A stretch of DNA of 64,000 bases from Patella caerulea (taxonomy: Eukaryota): NCBI GenBank assembly GCA_036850965.1, contig JAZGQO010000002.1:26932901-26996900 (forward strand), read 5' to 3'. The notes under the pieces were generated by a model. That model was not told the DNA's origin. It did no database searches and saw only the letters and a list, made by a program, of their open reading frames with translations. Below, piece after piece: positions 44,391-57,717 of this stretch (position 1 is its first letter; every line of letters starts with the position of its first letter). Made by a program: the position numbers and the translations under genes.

Positions 44391-45299
44391 AGTCTAGATT
44401 ATTTAGTCGACATTATTAGTGTGTTGTACTTTCTCGATTTAGTTAAACAAGACCTATGTCCTCATTATGATTTTCCTCAGGTGTGTCCCGAATTGAACTC
44501 ATTATTATGATGAATTCATGTTCAGATTAAATATAATAATGTTTGTTATCAATCGGCTCAGCCATCTATTAGTAGCCTACCCATGAACTAGTCCAGGTTC
44601 GGTACGATTTGCATGAACACCGCTTTTATGATAACATCCGGTAGAAAAGGGGCGTGTTATGAACTTTATAAACTTTTGCAAAGTTGCTTTTGAAAGCAGT
44701 AAACAACAGTTTGATAAATGAATTGAATGTTCAAATAGCAGATAAACGGGAATTGTTTCCTTTTTAATTTGAAGGCTTTATAAAGGTTTATTACTGTCAC
44801 TGTCATAATTTTAAAGGGGTAGCACACGAAATACCCAAATTCACCCACAATCCACGGGCCAGTCATATAATTTTATAATAATTATTTATATTATAACTAT
44901 TTGATAATATATAAGGTCCCATGATGTGGCCTTACTGGCCTTTATGCTGAAATGTCATTTTAATTTCACAAATATAACGTTTTTCATTTTTGGGGTTGAA
45001 ATGCCTGTATAAAGCAAATTTGATGGAAGATGTAGGGCCTTAACAAATCCACCATTATTTTAACTCTTACTGGTATCATCATATACATCATAGACTATCA
45101 TAATAATTTATGTTGATATTTACTGTACTTTATGCTAAATTGTCTTTTTTAATTGAAAATTGTGTAAAATTGCGTCTCTAAATGAGATTTCGAAGCAAGT
45201 GTGGAAATTGTAGGCCAAACTGAGAACGTTGTTATATGAAAAATTGTATTTTTAAAACAAGAACGTTATGATTTAAAATTAAAACTTCTAGTTTGGCAT

Positions 45300-45960
45300 A
45301 AAGAGAGACAGACAGATCTACATGTAGAGATGGGGTTTAATGTCCTCTCAACACAAACTAGGTTATTTATATGGTTCAATTTTATTTCTATAATTCGCTT
45401 GCGCGTAGAGTAGTTATGCAACGATTCATTGATGAATCGCAATATTTTAAAGATCCACGATGCACGATACAATCAATGTCCATATCACGATTCGTTATCC
45501 AAATAAAAATTTCACAAAAATAGACTACCACAATATTCCATTAAATGCGTAAATAAGTCCATGAGCAAAATAACTTTTTACTTTCAGCGAGTGTTAAGGC
45601 TCTTTCGACACTTGAAGTGGCAAATTACTTGACTGAGAAAACGCCACATTTAAAGTAAACCATAAAAGAAGGCCTATTTTAAAACTTTATTTTGTATCAC
45701 AATATTCATCGCATCATAGACTATGCATCGTGATACGCATCGAATCGTGGCCTGGCGTATCGTTGAAGTCTTAGTAGGAGGAAACTGGAAGACACAGAGA
45801 AAACCCACAAGGTTGGACAAGTGACAGTGCCTACTCCTTGGCAGGAGCAACTAGGGAATCGAAACCACCCTAGTTGACTCAATGATAGACTGTATGTTCA
45901 ATGTGCATGTGCTAACCATTCAGCCGTATCCCCCTCGCTCCCTCAGGCATAAAGAACAGT
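45300..45960 (-). mobile_element. SINE copy (tail GGGGTTTAATGTCC at 45335, tRNA-like head ~45830-45950) split by a nested ~340-bp inverted-repeat element (45415-45760).
   Basis: SINE head, core and tail segments are recognisable. The insert has complementary ends (TGCAACGATTCATTGATGAATCG … CGATTCGATGCGTATCACGATGCA). Confidence 0.45.
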
Positions 45961-46733
45961 CTTATAATATCAATATAGATATAAATTATTATTATACGAG
46001 TTGAAATGATAGTGCATTTGGGTAAATCGTACTACTGTTGTCATAGGCCTTACGGTAGTCTTTGTACACAGTCAATCCCCCAGCCCTGGCATTAAAAAAT
46101 CCTATATGTAGACTATCCTTATAATAGATCATCGATGTGGTGATGAGGTCTGTCATTTAGTCAAGTTACCTAGGGTTGCCTGTCACCTTGTGGGTTCTTC
46201 TTTTCCTCTTGAATAAGGTCTGTCATTGAGTCAAGTTTATGGTCATGTGAATAAAAATATTTTGTGTGTTTTCTCTGTGTCGTTCGGGTTAAATTCCGCC
46301 CGTTGTTAAAAATTCTACCATATGGTAGTCTTGAAATTGTGTCAAGTGGATGTTAAACCCCATTTCTCTTGCTCTCTCTTTTTTGTATGACCCATTTTCA
46401 ATACAATATATTAACATTTCCTATACCTAATAATAATCAACTTGGTACGCCAAGTCATGTAGCGAGATACCATTCATATATCTATTTGTTTATTAACACA
46501 CTTGATAAAATAGCCAAGGTTACTGATTCAAAAGATATTTAATCTGAATATGTGCCAGATTGTGTACATTGTTATTGTAGCTTGCTCATTAAATGACTTG
46601 ACATACTTCCTTAAGTCCTGCTGGGTTAAGTGATAGTTATGTCTTATTTGAAAAGCAAATGGCCAAACAGTGAGATGAGGTGCACATAAATGAAGGCTTA
46701 AATTTATAGTATTATTTTTGGCAATTTCAGAAA

Positions 46734-47244
46734 ATGGAACAATTTAACGAAATTCAAGATAAACTCGAAAAAGCCATTGAAAAAGATGACACAAATGCAT
46801 CTACAGATAAAAGCAACTCCAATAAACCCAAAACAGTTATCAAACCTGACCCAACAATCAGAGAAAGACTTGCAGAAATAATACATTCACAAAAATTCCA
46901 CATTGCTGTCGTGGTACTTGTCGTCTTAGATTGTATCCTGGTAGTTGCAGAGTTGCTCATTGACTTGGATGTAGTAAAACTGGAAGATAAAGAAAATCAT
47001 GACGCCCCCAAAGTTCTTCATTACCTCAGTATAACAGTTTTGTCTTTGTTTATGGTAGAAATTGGTGTCCGTGTTTTTGTTATGAGACTAGAATTTTTCA
47101 AGCATAAGTTGGAAGTTTTTGATGCGATTGTTGTCATTGTGTCATTCATACTTGACATTGTGTTCCGTAATCAAGAAGGTTCGGCAACTGGTGTTGGTTT
47201 ATTGGTTGTATTAAGATTGTGGCGAGTCACCAGAATATTAAATG
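46734..47244 (+). CDS. HVCN1: Voltage-gated proton channel Hv1 homolog, coding exon 1 (N-terminus and S1-S4 voltage sensor). Preceded by acceptor …tttcag| at 46730, donor AATG|GTAGAT.
   Basis: [50 protein letters not shown] and S4 LRLWRVTRILNG, versus human FHYMSITILVFFMMEI…[26 protein letters not shown]…LRLWRVARIINGI. Confidence 0.85.
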
Positions 47245-47915
47245 GTAGATATATTTTAATCATCTTGAATGTTACTATAGTATGTATCAATTTAAGGCAG
47301 ATTTCATTTCTGCAGGCAATATCAGCTAATCCCAACAAGTGTAAGGATGAAGTCCTTGTGTATACTTACAAGTCCTAGGACCAGATAATTAAGTGTTTAA
47401 CTTTTTATTTTTTTGTAAGAATAAATAAAGTCAAAGGTCAAAGAAATTAAAGCCGTGTTTTTTGCAGACATTTCTTTAATATATTGAATGATTTATATCC
47501 TCCATATCATCTCCAATATAACCAAATCATAAAATATCTGATCTTCGGGTAGTTATGGAGGAGTGGATACCCATGGGGAAAATATGGCATAATTAAAGAA
47601 CATTCATCGCACCAAGTATTCACATGTTTAGCCTTTTTGTGGGGCAAGGGCTCTTAAGTCCTCCAAATTCTTTGAAACATTGAACATTCCCTTCAAAACA
47701 GAACAGAGCTACTCTTGCCCTGACTAAATTCTATCAAATGCTTAGGATCAAGTCTAATTACAGGTTGTTCAAGCTGTGATGATTTATATTTTTTCAAGTT
47801 GTCAGATTTTTAAGAGTGCGGCACAGAACATCTTCTCCCTTTCTCAATATCGCAACTATCATATATCTGAAAGTGTGAATGGCTTTATTGTAATGTTGTT
47901 TGTTATATTTTACAG

Positions 47916-48073
47916 GGATAGTGATGTCTGTTAAGGCTCAGGCCCAGCGTAAAATAGAGCATGAAGTAGCACTGAGAGAAGAATGTGAGAAAAAACTCAC
48001 ACAGATGATGTCCACCATACAGAAACTTCAAGATTTACTAAAACAGAATGGTATTAATGTACCAGAAAATTGA
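47916..48073 (+). CDS. HVCN1: HVCN1 homolog, last coding exon (C-terminal coiled coil). Acceptor tttacag|, phase 1, stop TGA 48071-48073.
   Basis: (G)IVMSVKAQAQRKIEHEVALREECEKKLTQMMSTIQKLQDLLKQNGINVPEN continues the S4 sequence in frame, as in vertebrate Hv1 (IIISVKTRSE…coiled coil). Confidence 0.8.
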
Positions 48074-50065
48074 AGCGTGATTATATTGATATCACAATGT
48101 CAATAATCTATCTGTTGCTCTTTGCCTTTCTTAAATAGTGTTAGGAATAGTGACCTCTTAAAATATCATGAAATAGGTAATTAGATTTTTGTATGCCCAA
48201 ATTGAAATATGGTCATATTATATTGTCTTCACCCCTGTCCATCTGTCACCAGTAGTTGCTTGTGGCCACTCTAGAGGCTAAAGTTAATGTCTGATTTAAA
48301 TTAAATTTACCTGTATACCCAGAGTTATGGCCCTTGATCTCTTTGAAAAGTCTTGTTGATTCCCTAGAGACTAAAGTTAACATCTTTTTGACTTGAAAAT
48401 GCACAACATTTTTGTATGTTCATTGTTCATGAGATAAAGATGTTGATTTTCAACAATTTCTGATAACTTAAACAGCTTAATTTATGATATTACATGTTTT
48501 ATATAATAAATGTTAGCATTGGGCAGAACCAGAAACCCAAATAATTCTATTGATATCTGATAATTCCTTAAAAGGGTTGTTATTTGTTACTTTTAATCAG
48601 TTTTAAGTGTCTTGTGTAAAAGCTTATTACCAAACAAGATAATAACATAGCTTCTGTGAGTGTATGTTTTGTAACCTATCTTTAAAAAAATAAAATGAGC
48701 TGTACCACTTCAATTAAGTCAAAACAAGTATTCCAATTGGTGTTGGGACATGCTCTTTTTGAACGATTATAGTACTGGACACAGATGTATTATCTGGTTA
48801 TGTCTCAAGCGAGCTTTATCTATAGATGTAGAACTTTAAAAAATGGCAGATTATCATCCAATAAAACTAATCAACGCATAAAAATACATTGAAATCAACA
48901 ATTTTATCTTTGATCTTATAATCAAGAAACTTATGGCATATCACAGCTGATTCTAGTATATTTATTATTTGTTACAGGCTCTTGTTAATTGAGGCATATT
49001 GGTCAAAACACAAATATGATCAATTTGTATGAATAAAAAACCTTTAAATTAATATGTAATATATTATACATTTATCATAGTAAATGGCGGAGATAAAACC
49101 CAAAGCAAGACTCTATAAATACCAAAACCAGCAGATTTCATGCATTTGAAAGAATTAAAAATAGGTCATTTTTGAAGACAAATGCTGGAAGTTTGAAATG
49201 GCTGATATGATAATAAGGTTGATGGTTTTACATATTTTGTGCTGTATCAATGGGTCCTCAAAATTGTCTCTCATTTCACAAGAACTGATCACAATTATAG
49301 TTTTAATATTTACACATTTTATATTTTTTTTCATCTTATTATATAAAAGCATAAATGCACAAACAACAATTATCATTGTTGTGATTTTGAACCATTTTGT
49401 TGATGGCATATATGAGATTATTTACATATCTATATATTTATATTTTATTAATATACACATATTTATATTACTGTACATGTATATATATTTGTTAGTTTAT
49501 ACAACACAACATATCACAAGTATTACATTTATAATTTGTTAAGTCTGGGTAAAATACTCCCATTTATCAATACATATACGTTTAAATATTTTAAAGGAAA
49601 ATATTGGATGATTCATCATGTTTGGTCAACAGTAGCAAGACAGTAAACTAGAATGTTTTAATTGTTGTTTTCTATCTGTGAAGTCTGGGAAGACAACGAA
49701 CGCTACTGTTTCGTTATTTTCAAAAATAAATGTTAAAAAACATCTTGTAGTACTGGACACTGTTATCATTGTATTTATTTATTTATTTATATAAGGATGC
49801 TTTCAATCCTAAATGTGTATTGCATTAAATATATTATTGATATTTTCATAATAAATTGCATATTATAGCTGAAACTGATATTTTTCAAATGAAAAAGTGT
49901 TATTATCTATAACATATATAGTACATATTTAATATGAAAATTTATAAACAAATGATTATTATTGATTATCATTAATATTTTGAAGAAATCTCACACATTA
50001 TGTACATATCTACTCATTCCAGTGTATAATGATCTTGCTTTTTGCAAGAATTATTTTAATTCATA

Positions 50066-50545
50066 TTTAAAGTAGCTAAGTCTCTAACTCAATATCATCC
50101 CAAATCTTCAACATTGTAAACACAAATTATTTGTCAATTTAAATCAACTTTGATGCTGTGATCTTACTGGAAAAAGATGAGCTTCAGATATCCAATATTT
50201 AAGACAAAATAAACATTTCACCATTGTTACACGAATCATGTACCATAATGCGTTTCAGTCCCAGTTGTAACAAGAGACTTGAGGGACGAGGCTAGACACA
50301 TTACACCAAATCAAACGGCATATGTAAACTGGAATAACCAGATGCTAAAAATTTCCATTCGATTGAAACTGCTGGCTTATTTCGCAGAACAGAACTGATT
50401 TGAAATTGAAATAAAACGGAAAACATTGAATGTAAATCAGTTTATATACATTCATATTACAGTTTTATATGTGTTGCGACCCACTTGTGTCAATTTCTAG
50501 GTCCCAAATGTTAGCAATTTAGCTCCTTTAATTGTGAATGACTAA
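50066..50545 (+). repeat. ~450-bp dispersed repeat. Second copy at 54158-54575, in intron 1 of the 3beta-HSD-like gene.
   Basis: Direct sequence similarity over the whole length. Confidence 0.6.
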
Positions 50546-52568
50546 CACAACTGCAAAGCCTTAATATTAGTTATTTATTTAATTATTTAAAGATTTTTAA
50601 ATAAATAGTTTAAAAAAGATATTTAAATGAATGTTTTAAAATACAATGTTTTATAATTACAAAATTTGTAAAAGGCTGTATTCAATGATACTTGCTTGTA
50701 TTTGCATGTAGTTATAGAATAAAGATAAATAATTGGGTATCTGGATAGGTCTGTATTTGTAATACTGGTACATTTGAATGTGAAACTTTTTAACAAAACA
50801 GAAATCATAATTTACTATCTATTATTACTTTGGTGATGTTCAATATTTCTCATTTAATTTTTTTCCAGTTATGTTATGTATTTTCGTGTAGTTTAATTTC
50901 TCTTTTTTTTCCACTCATACTTTCTTTATTATAGATTTCTGAAAAAGATTTTTGTACATTTGCCTACACATTTAATTTGAATATGGTCACATTCCATTTA
51001 TTCATATAGCAATTTTTTTTTATTATCACTGGTATTGTTTACAAATTATATTATATTGTATATTTATAAAGATAACAAATTTTGTAAATTATTAAAGTTA
51101 TAACTTGTCTATCTTATTTAATTTTTCATATTACTGAATGTTTAACACATTACATATATTAAAGATAATTCTATTATTGTTAACTTGATATTTATTAGAG
51201 TTATGATATTCGAATATTTGATACAGAGTGTATAAATATGAAATCTGATTAATTAAGCAGACAGATCTTAATTGCTTCCAAAACAAAATAAAATTTTTGA
51301 TATGAATTTATTGTTGTCCTTGAATCACTCTCAAAGAGTCTTTTGTCATTCTTGATATTTAGATATGAAATATTATGGACCTGATTTTATGTCCATGCAG
51401 TGATATAACCAATTAATTTCTATTCTTTGCTTTTTGTGGGACTTTTAGCAAAATGTCAACCTAGTGCCATTCTAGAAGTGCTATAATTGGATCAGCCAAA
51501 TGTGTTTGGTTTAATCCTTATTAAACACCCCTACTAAAAGACCAGCAGAGGGGGGCCATGTCTTCTGCACCTGATCTCTCTTATGCTGAATGTGACTGTA
51601 TAGTTAGAACCATATATAAATCTCACCCACCTCTGGGCAGACGTCATTTGAAACCATTGTCTGTTGGAAGAGGTAGGTTTAACATTTATTGAATGCTTTA
51701 TTTCAACTATTGTACTGTTTAAAATATTTTATGAATCATTTTTTTTTTATTTGTTGATTGAAAAATGGAGCAATATGGGGTTTAACGTTTTACTTTTCTG
51801 CATGAGTGTTGTTCTTATACTGTCCAAATTTAAAGTGGACATTGCCGTAATCTGTCTCTGGACATTGATTTGAGAGCTGGCACAAAATACTTTTCTGCTG
51901 GAGTAGCCCTTGTCTTTGTTTCTCTCTTTTTATAAAGTAAATGAATTTCTGTTTATTAATTGAGAAGCCAATCTGTTGCACTCTGTTTTACTGATTTTGT
52001 GAACAGTTAATCTCATCTATAACACAATAATCACTATCACTAATAATCAATTTCATCATGAAATACAGCATAAAATACACAATAAATAGCACCATTAAAT
52101 TTCTCACTAATAAAAATCTGGTTATTATAAAGTTATTTCAGATTTATAAGTTCAACTATAACGAAAAACAAACAAACTTGCTCATGTATTTATGAAATTA
52201 CTTGCAAATAAGACTGGTTATGATTAAGTCTATTTAAAATTTATTAATTCAACAGTTTGCTTTCCTACAGCAAACAAACAAACTTTCCCATTAAGAGTTG
52301 TATTTATGCTGAATAAATTTTGTGTTAAAATAATGGTTATTATGATATTATTTTAAATTTATTAGTTCAACAGCAAACAAACTTTCCCTTTTATATTAGC
52401 TTAGCTAAAAGATGTTTTTATGTTGATTTCTCTTGTCCTTTTAAGTACACATTATTAATGGTTTCTTTCTCTCCAATATTTCAGATGTTCTTGAGAAATA
52501 GAATTTTAATAAACAGGACAACTCATATAAAGAAAATGTTCAGCACTGGAGAGTATGTATATACATAA

Positions 52569-52740
52569 AAATAAACACACTTGTATGGATATACTACTTC
52601 TGAATTTATTAACAAGCTATGTTTCGATACTCATACAGATATCGTTTTCAAATTTGCTTGAAAACGATATCTGTATGTGTATCGAAATGTAGCTTGTTAA
52701 TAAATTCAGAAGTAGTATATCCATACAAGTGTGTTTATTT
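52569..52740. repeat. Near-perfect palindrome: two ~83-bp arms (52569-52651 and 52658-52740; 3 mismatches) around a 6-nt spacer. A single arm homolog lies at 34925-35010.
   Basis: Reverse-complement comparison done by eye. Confidence 0.8.
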
Positions 52741-53919
52741 TTAGTGAAATCTATTTCTATATGTCTTAGAAGGATTATGTATTATATATATATATTCAGT
52801 ACTGAAGAGTATTTATTATAATTTAGTAATACTTGTGCTATAAAAGTGGGAAAACAGTATTCAGTAGAATTCATTGTTGTGTCTTGTAGTTGGCAGTTCA
52901 GAATTTTAAGCACCATAAGTTTAGTTATATTGCTTTAAGAATTTTAAGCACCATAAGTTTAGTTATATTTGAGAGAAATTTTAACCTCAACTCAAAAGAA
53001 ACTAGGTATTTTGGAGACCAACATGGTAAATCTTTATCTAATAATTCAATACTAGATCTTTAGCAGTGGGAGAAAAGCAATTAGAACTACTTTCACTTAA
53101 CGCGGACCTAAATCTTGTGCTATTAATCAAAATTTTAAAGTGCACATAAAATGGCCCTGAAAATTTTTCTATGTGAGTAGTCCATGGTTATTTTATCCAC
53201 TTTACGGCAAATTCACATCAATCCGACTAAAATTTATTCAGCTATCTTCACTCAATTGTACATAATGAAACAAATTCTAAATTAGAACCACAATACTCTT
53301 CTGACGAAAATGTATCTCGAATCGTTTGGACTGTAAACAATGGTAGAGTGTATTAAAATCGCTGCCGTGGGAAAACAGAACGACCATACATTATGAAACA
53401 GATTTTAAATTGGATCTTGAATTAAAATGAATTACAAAACAAATTATTCCGTAGTCAATTGTTTTATTTAATTAGTGGGATTAAGGAATCAGTCAGGCGT
53501 TAATGAATACACACGCCGGGTGTATATAGGTAATTAAGGAATAAACATTCCGAATATGAATTTGGTCACTGGCGTCTGAGGGGTTTAAGAGTGTTTTCAA
53601 TAACTGGCAAAGTTGTTTTTACGGGATACGACTTTGAGTGAAGATAGCTAAACTAATTTTAGTCGGATTGATGTGAATTGCCGTATTGTGGATAAAATAA
53701 CCATGGGCTATATACATATAGAAAAAAAATTGAGGCCATTTGATGTGTACTTTAAGAATGAGAACTTAACTAAATTGGTATGGTGTATTTTCAAATATAT
53801 GTTCATAAGTAAGTGTAAAAAATCCCACAAAGACCAGTCCCCGGTAACCCATTTATGGTTGCTTTCGTAAATGAGATCCTAGTTTGTAATTATTTATTAA
53901 GAATTTGTTTTCTGTTTAG

Positions 53920-54068
53920 CATTTTAACACCAGAGAAGAAAGAGATAGTTGTAATAACTGGAGGATCAGGATTTTTAGGTCAACATATTGTCCGTCAAAT
54001 ACAACAACATACTGCACATGTGGGAGAAATACGTATATTAGATGTAAAACCAGTCCAAAAATTTATGG
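53920..54068 (+). CDS. 3beta-hydroxysteroid dehydrogenase/NSDHL-family (extended SDR) gene, exon with the NAD-binding motif. The start codon may be ATG 53855 or lie upstream.
   Basis: EIVVITGGSGFLGQHIVRQ (GxxGxxG). Donor ATGG|GTGAG at 54068/54069, phase 1. Confidence 0.75.
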
Positions 54069-55295
54069 GTGAGATAGCTTTTATAATGCTACAATGCACT
54101 GAAATCAGTGCAGTGTCTCGCCAGTCCATTCTGTGATTCAGTGAAAATAACCTCTCATTTAAAGTAGCTAAAGTCTCTAACACAAATTATTTGTCAATTT
54201 AAATCAACACTGATGTTGCCATTTTACCGGGAAAAGACAGGCTTTTTATATCCAATATTTAAAACAAAATAAACATTTTACTATTGGTAAGCTTACGCAA
54301 ATCGTGTACCATAATGCATTTCAGCCCCAGTTCTAGCAAGAGACGAGGCTAGAAACATTGCACCAAATCAAACGGCGTATGTAGACTGGAATAACCAGAC
54401 ACCCGAAATAGTCACTCAATTGAAACTTTTGGTGTTAAGATCAGAGTACCAACGAGAACGATTGAATGTAAATCAGTTTGTATACATTCATATTAATTAT
54501 TATATGCTTTGCGACCCATTTGTGTAAATTTCTAGGTCTCAAATATTAGCGATTTAGCTCCTTTAAATTGTAGAGAATAAGTTTTTACCAGAACTCAATC
54601 TGATTAAAACACAGTTCCTATTTCGTTTCGTTTTTATAGTTCAAAATTTTTTTTTACTTGTCTTTACTACACTAGGATCTGAAAGCGTTCATATCATTGA
54701 CATGTTTTGAATGATGTGAGGGATTATCCAATCAAACAGTCTGTTACGGCGACTTCTTGGCCTTTTTAATGCACAGATCTGTTGGTAAACCATTAGAAAC
54801 ATCAACACTGATTGATTAATCATTGTCACAGGGTCAAAAGTCTCTCATCTGACCCGCTAGACCATTGAAAGTGCATGTATAAAAAAAAACGAAATGAAAT
54901 ATTGATCTGTATTTTAATCAGATTGAACAGAATTTTGTTTCAGAATTTTAATAATAAGTTTAGTGAAAACTATGGCAGGCTTGTAGACTGGCTGTGTATA
55001 GCATTCATACTTTTTCACTTAACCATATATAGTACAGTACTCTTAAAGACAGTGCCTTTTATTGTCCAATTTAAAATCATGCCTGATGGATGATTTTGTT
55101 CAATTGATAGTTTGTTGGCAATAAATTAATACTCTCACTGCACTAAGGTAAATCTTGTCAAACATTTAAAAAAAAAAAAAAGTATGTGGAGATGGTATTT
55201 CCGTGCCTTCAATCCAGTCTTTACAAAAATATCCATAGATTTAGATATTCCACTTTATAAAAAGATGCGAATATTTTATATTGATGTTCTTGTAG

Positions 55296-55460
55296 AATAT
55301 GATGATTTGATACCTACTAAGACTATATTAAGTAGCGTTAATGATATCTGTGGTGTTCGTCAAGCTATACACGGAGCTGATAGTGTTATACATGTAGCAG
55401 GACTAATTAGTTACGGTACATTTCCTGATATTAATGGAATGGAAAAAATCAACATCGAAG
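55296..55460 (+). CDS. 3beta-HSD-like gene, exon 2.
   Basis: Acceptor cttgtag| at 55295, donor GAAG|GTAGTA, phase 1 in and out. DSVIHVAGLISYGTFPDINGMEKINIEG versus human [30 protein letters not shown]. Confidence 0.75.
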
Positions 55461-55859
55461 GTAGTAATCTACACAATATATTTGACAAGTTGTCTAATTT
55501 GAATATAATTGAAGTAGCGTGTTATCATATGTTACTTACATCCTGATAGGGTATTGATCTGTTAAAGATACGATATGAAATGGGGTTGTTGGCCTACTTT
55601 TTTTGCAAAAGGCTATAAGAAGGGAAATTTTGCCTTGACACTAGTGCTATGGTCTACTTGTCATGCCAGTGTGTACATAGTACCTCAGTTTTTCTTCCTT
55701 GTAAGATCCTCCTTTCCGCACCACTGATATGGCAAATCAGCAGTGGAAAATTCTTAGGAAGGTTCTCACTCAAAACACACTGTATGGCCATTTTCATTAT
55801 CAGCATTCTGTTTCATGTCATTTCTTTGACTGAGAAATATTGTACTGCCTTCCCCAACA

Positions 55860-56150
55860 GGGAGGGAGGGAGGGAGAGAGAGGGAGAGAGAGAGAGAGAG
55901 AGAGAGCGAGCAATGGGGCTTAACATCCACCTGACACAAACTTGGTCATTTTGGGACTAACATATTATTTAATTTTATTTCAATAATTCACTTATGCGTA
56001 AGGGTCTTTAGCAGTGCGGAAAACTGGAGGAATCGGCGAAAACTCATGAGATTGGACAGACATTGCTACTCCTTGCCATGTATAAGTATTTGGGGAATTG
56101 AAACCATGCAACTTAACTCAGTGACAGACCTTGATTTGGCCATCCAAACC
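55860..56150 (-). mobile_element. tRNA-derived SINE (reverse) in intron 2 of the 3beta-HSD-like gene, with a (GA)n tail at 55861-55906.
   Basis: Same tail and core as 26232-26522 (GGGGCTTAACATCCACC…TTTATTTCAATAATTC…GGGTCTTTAGCAGTG…). tRNA-like head at ~56090-56150. Confidence 0.7.
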
Positions 56151-56263
56151 CTTCATTAGACAGTGCTGGGCTGGATGTAATTCCATTGCCTTATAATGAC
56201 ATTGTCATTGTCTTGAAAATGTATGAATTTATGATATAATTTCTGAAATGGTAATGATTGCAG

Positions 56264-56476
56264 GTACTAGAACAGTTATAGAAGCTTGTATTAAAGAAAA
56301 TATAGAGAGATTGATATTTTGTAGTACAGTAGATGTTGTTATAGGTCATAAAGATATCACTAATGGTACTGAAGAGACTGGTATACCAGATGATTTTCTT
56401 TTCCCTGGTTATCCAGACACTAAATTTAGAGCAGAAAGACTCATTTTAGAGGCAAATGGAACAAGACTAAACAGTG
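56264..56476 (+). CDS. 3beta-HSD-like gene, exon 3.
   Basis: Acceptor gattgcag| at 56263, donor CAGTG|GTAAAA. GTRTVIEACIKENIERLIFCSTVDVV… versus human [26 protein letters not shown]. Confidence 0.75.
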
Positions 56477-57160
56477 GTAAAAATTTATTTTAGTATTTAC
56501 TACATCCACCTTTGTTTGAAAGCAATATTTACAATTAATAATATGGGACGGAGTACATTATAACATGAACCTTATAATATTATTAGGTTCATGATTTAAA
56601 TTCGAATTAGCACCACTGAGGCAATATACCTAACCAATGTGGATTTCCATCATGAGAGAATTAGATGGTTCAAGCATGTATTCCTGCCATTCCAGCATGG
56701 GAGTACAGCTACTTGCAAGCCTTATTTTTGTGCCTTTGCAGCCAAAATCCAATTCTGTGCTCACCTTAATTTCAATAGCCAAACAATCATTGAAAAAATC
56801 TCAACAACTGGAGCACTAACTGGGATCTGCAGAGCTCATAAAATTTACTTTCACATATAATATCGGTCTTTTAAAATGTTTTTCGACAGGGGAATACATG
56901 GATAATAGGAAATGATGACATAAGCACTTTTTGAAAAGTGCACAGAGTTATATATTTATTCTGTTATTTAAATTAAACATTGACGTGGTTCCTCCTTGAG
57001 ACAAGCCAAAAATATATTTACTCCCACATGAAATGTTAGCATATTCAAATTTTGCAACTGGGGAATACATGACAGATAGGAAGTGATGACATATAACTTT
57101 TTGGGAATGAACACTGGGTTTTATTAATGGATATATGTAAGTTTCTTTTTATTTTTGCAG

Positions 57161-57717
57161 GTATGAAGATTCATACAATTTCACTCAGGCCAAATGTTAT
57201 GTATGGAGAAGGAGATCCATATTATGTCACAACAGCTCTTAGGAATGCACGGGATAATAATGGTGTACTGATACGTGTGGGTGATGGAAGTGCACTATTT
57301 CAACAAACATATGTGGGTAATGCTGCTTGGGCATTTCTTTGTGCAGATGCAGCACTAAAAAATAATCCATCTCAGGTTTCTGGACAAGTGTTTTTTGTGC
57401 CAGATGATACACCACTCCAAAATACATTTACTTTCATGAACTATTTTCTAAAAGATCAGAATCTAAATCTGTCTCGGTTCTATCTGCCATGGAAATTTGT
57501 ATATGTGACATTATATTTTATGGAGCTGGTTCTGAAGGCGCTAAAGCCTCTGGTAAAACTGAATCTCCCAGCTCAGTCATGTAGTGTTAAATATATTAAT
57601 ATGAATCTGTACTTTAGTCCACAGAAATCAAGACAATTGCTGGGATACAAACCATTTTATTCTCCTCATCAGTCCTTAGAGAAATCAGCACTATTTTATA
57701 AAAACTTTCCATTATAA
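57161..57717 (+). CDS. 3beta-HSD-like gene, terminal exon (stop TAA 57715-57717).
   Basis: Acceptor atttttgcag| at 57160. LRPNVMYGEGDPYY / YVGNAAWAFLCA / GQVFFVPDDTPLQNTFTFMNYFL / LGYKPFYS versus human LRPMYIYGEGS / VGNVAWAHILA / [22 protein letters not shown] / LAYKPLYS. Confidence 0.85.

Noticed and set aside
49155-49542. ORFs in extremely AT-rich DNA (also 63161-63737).
   Set aside because: Ile/Leu/Tyr-only low-complexity peptides from (ATA)n-like sequence, with no splice or coding signal.
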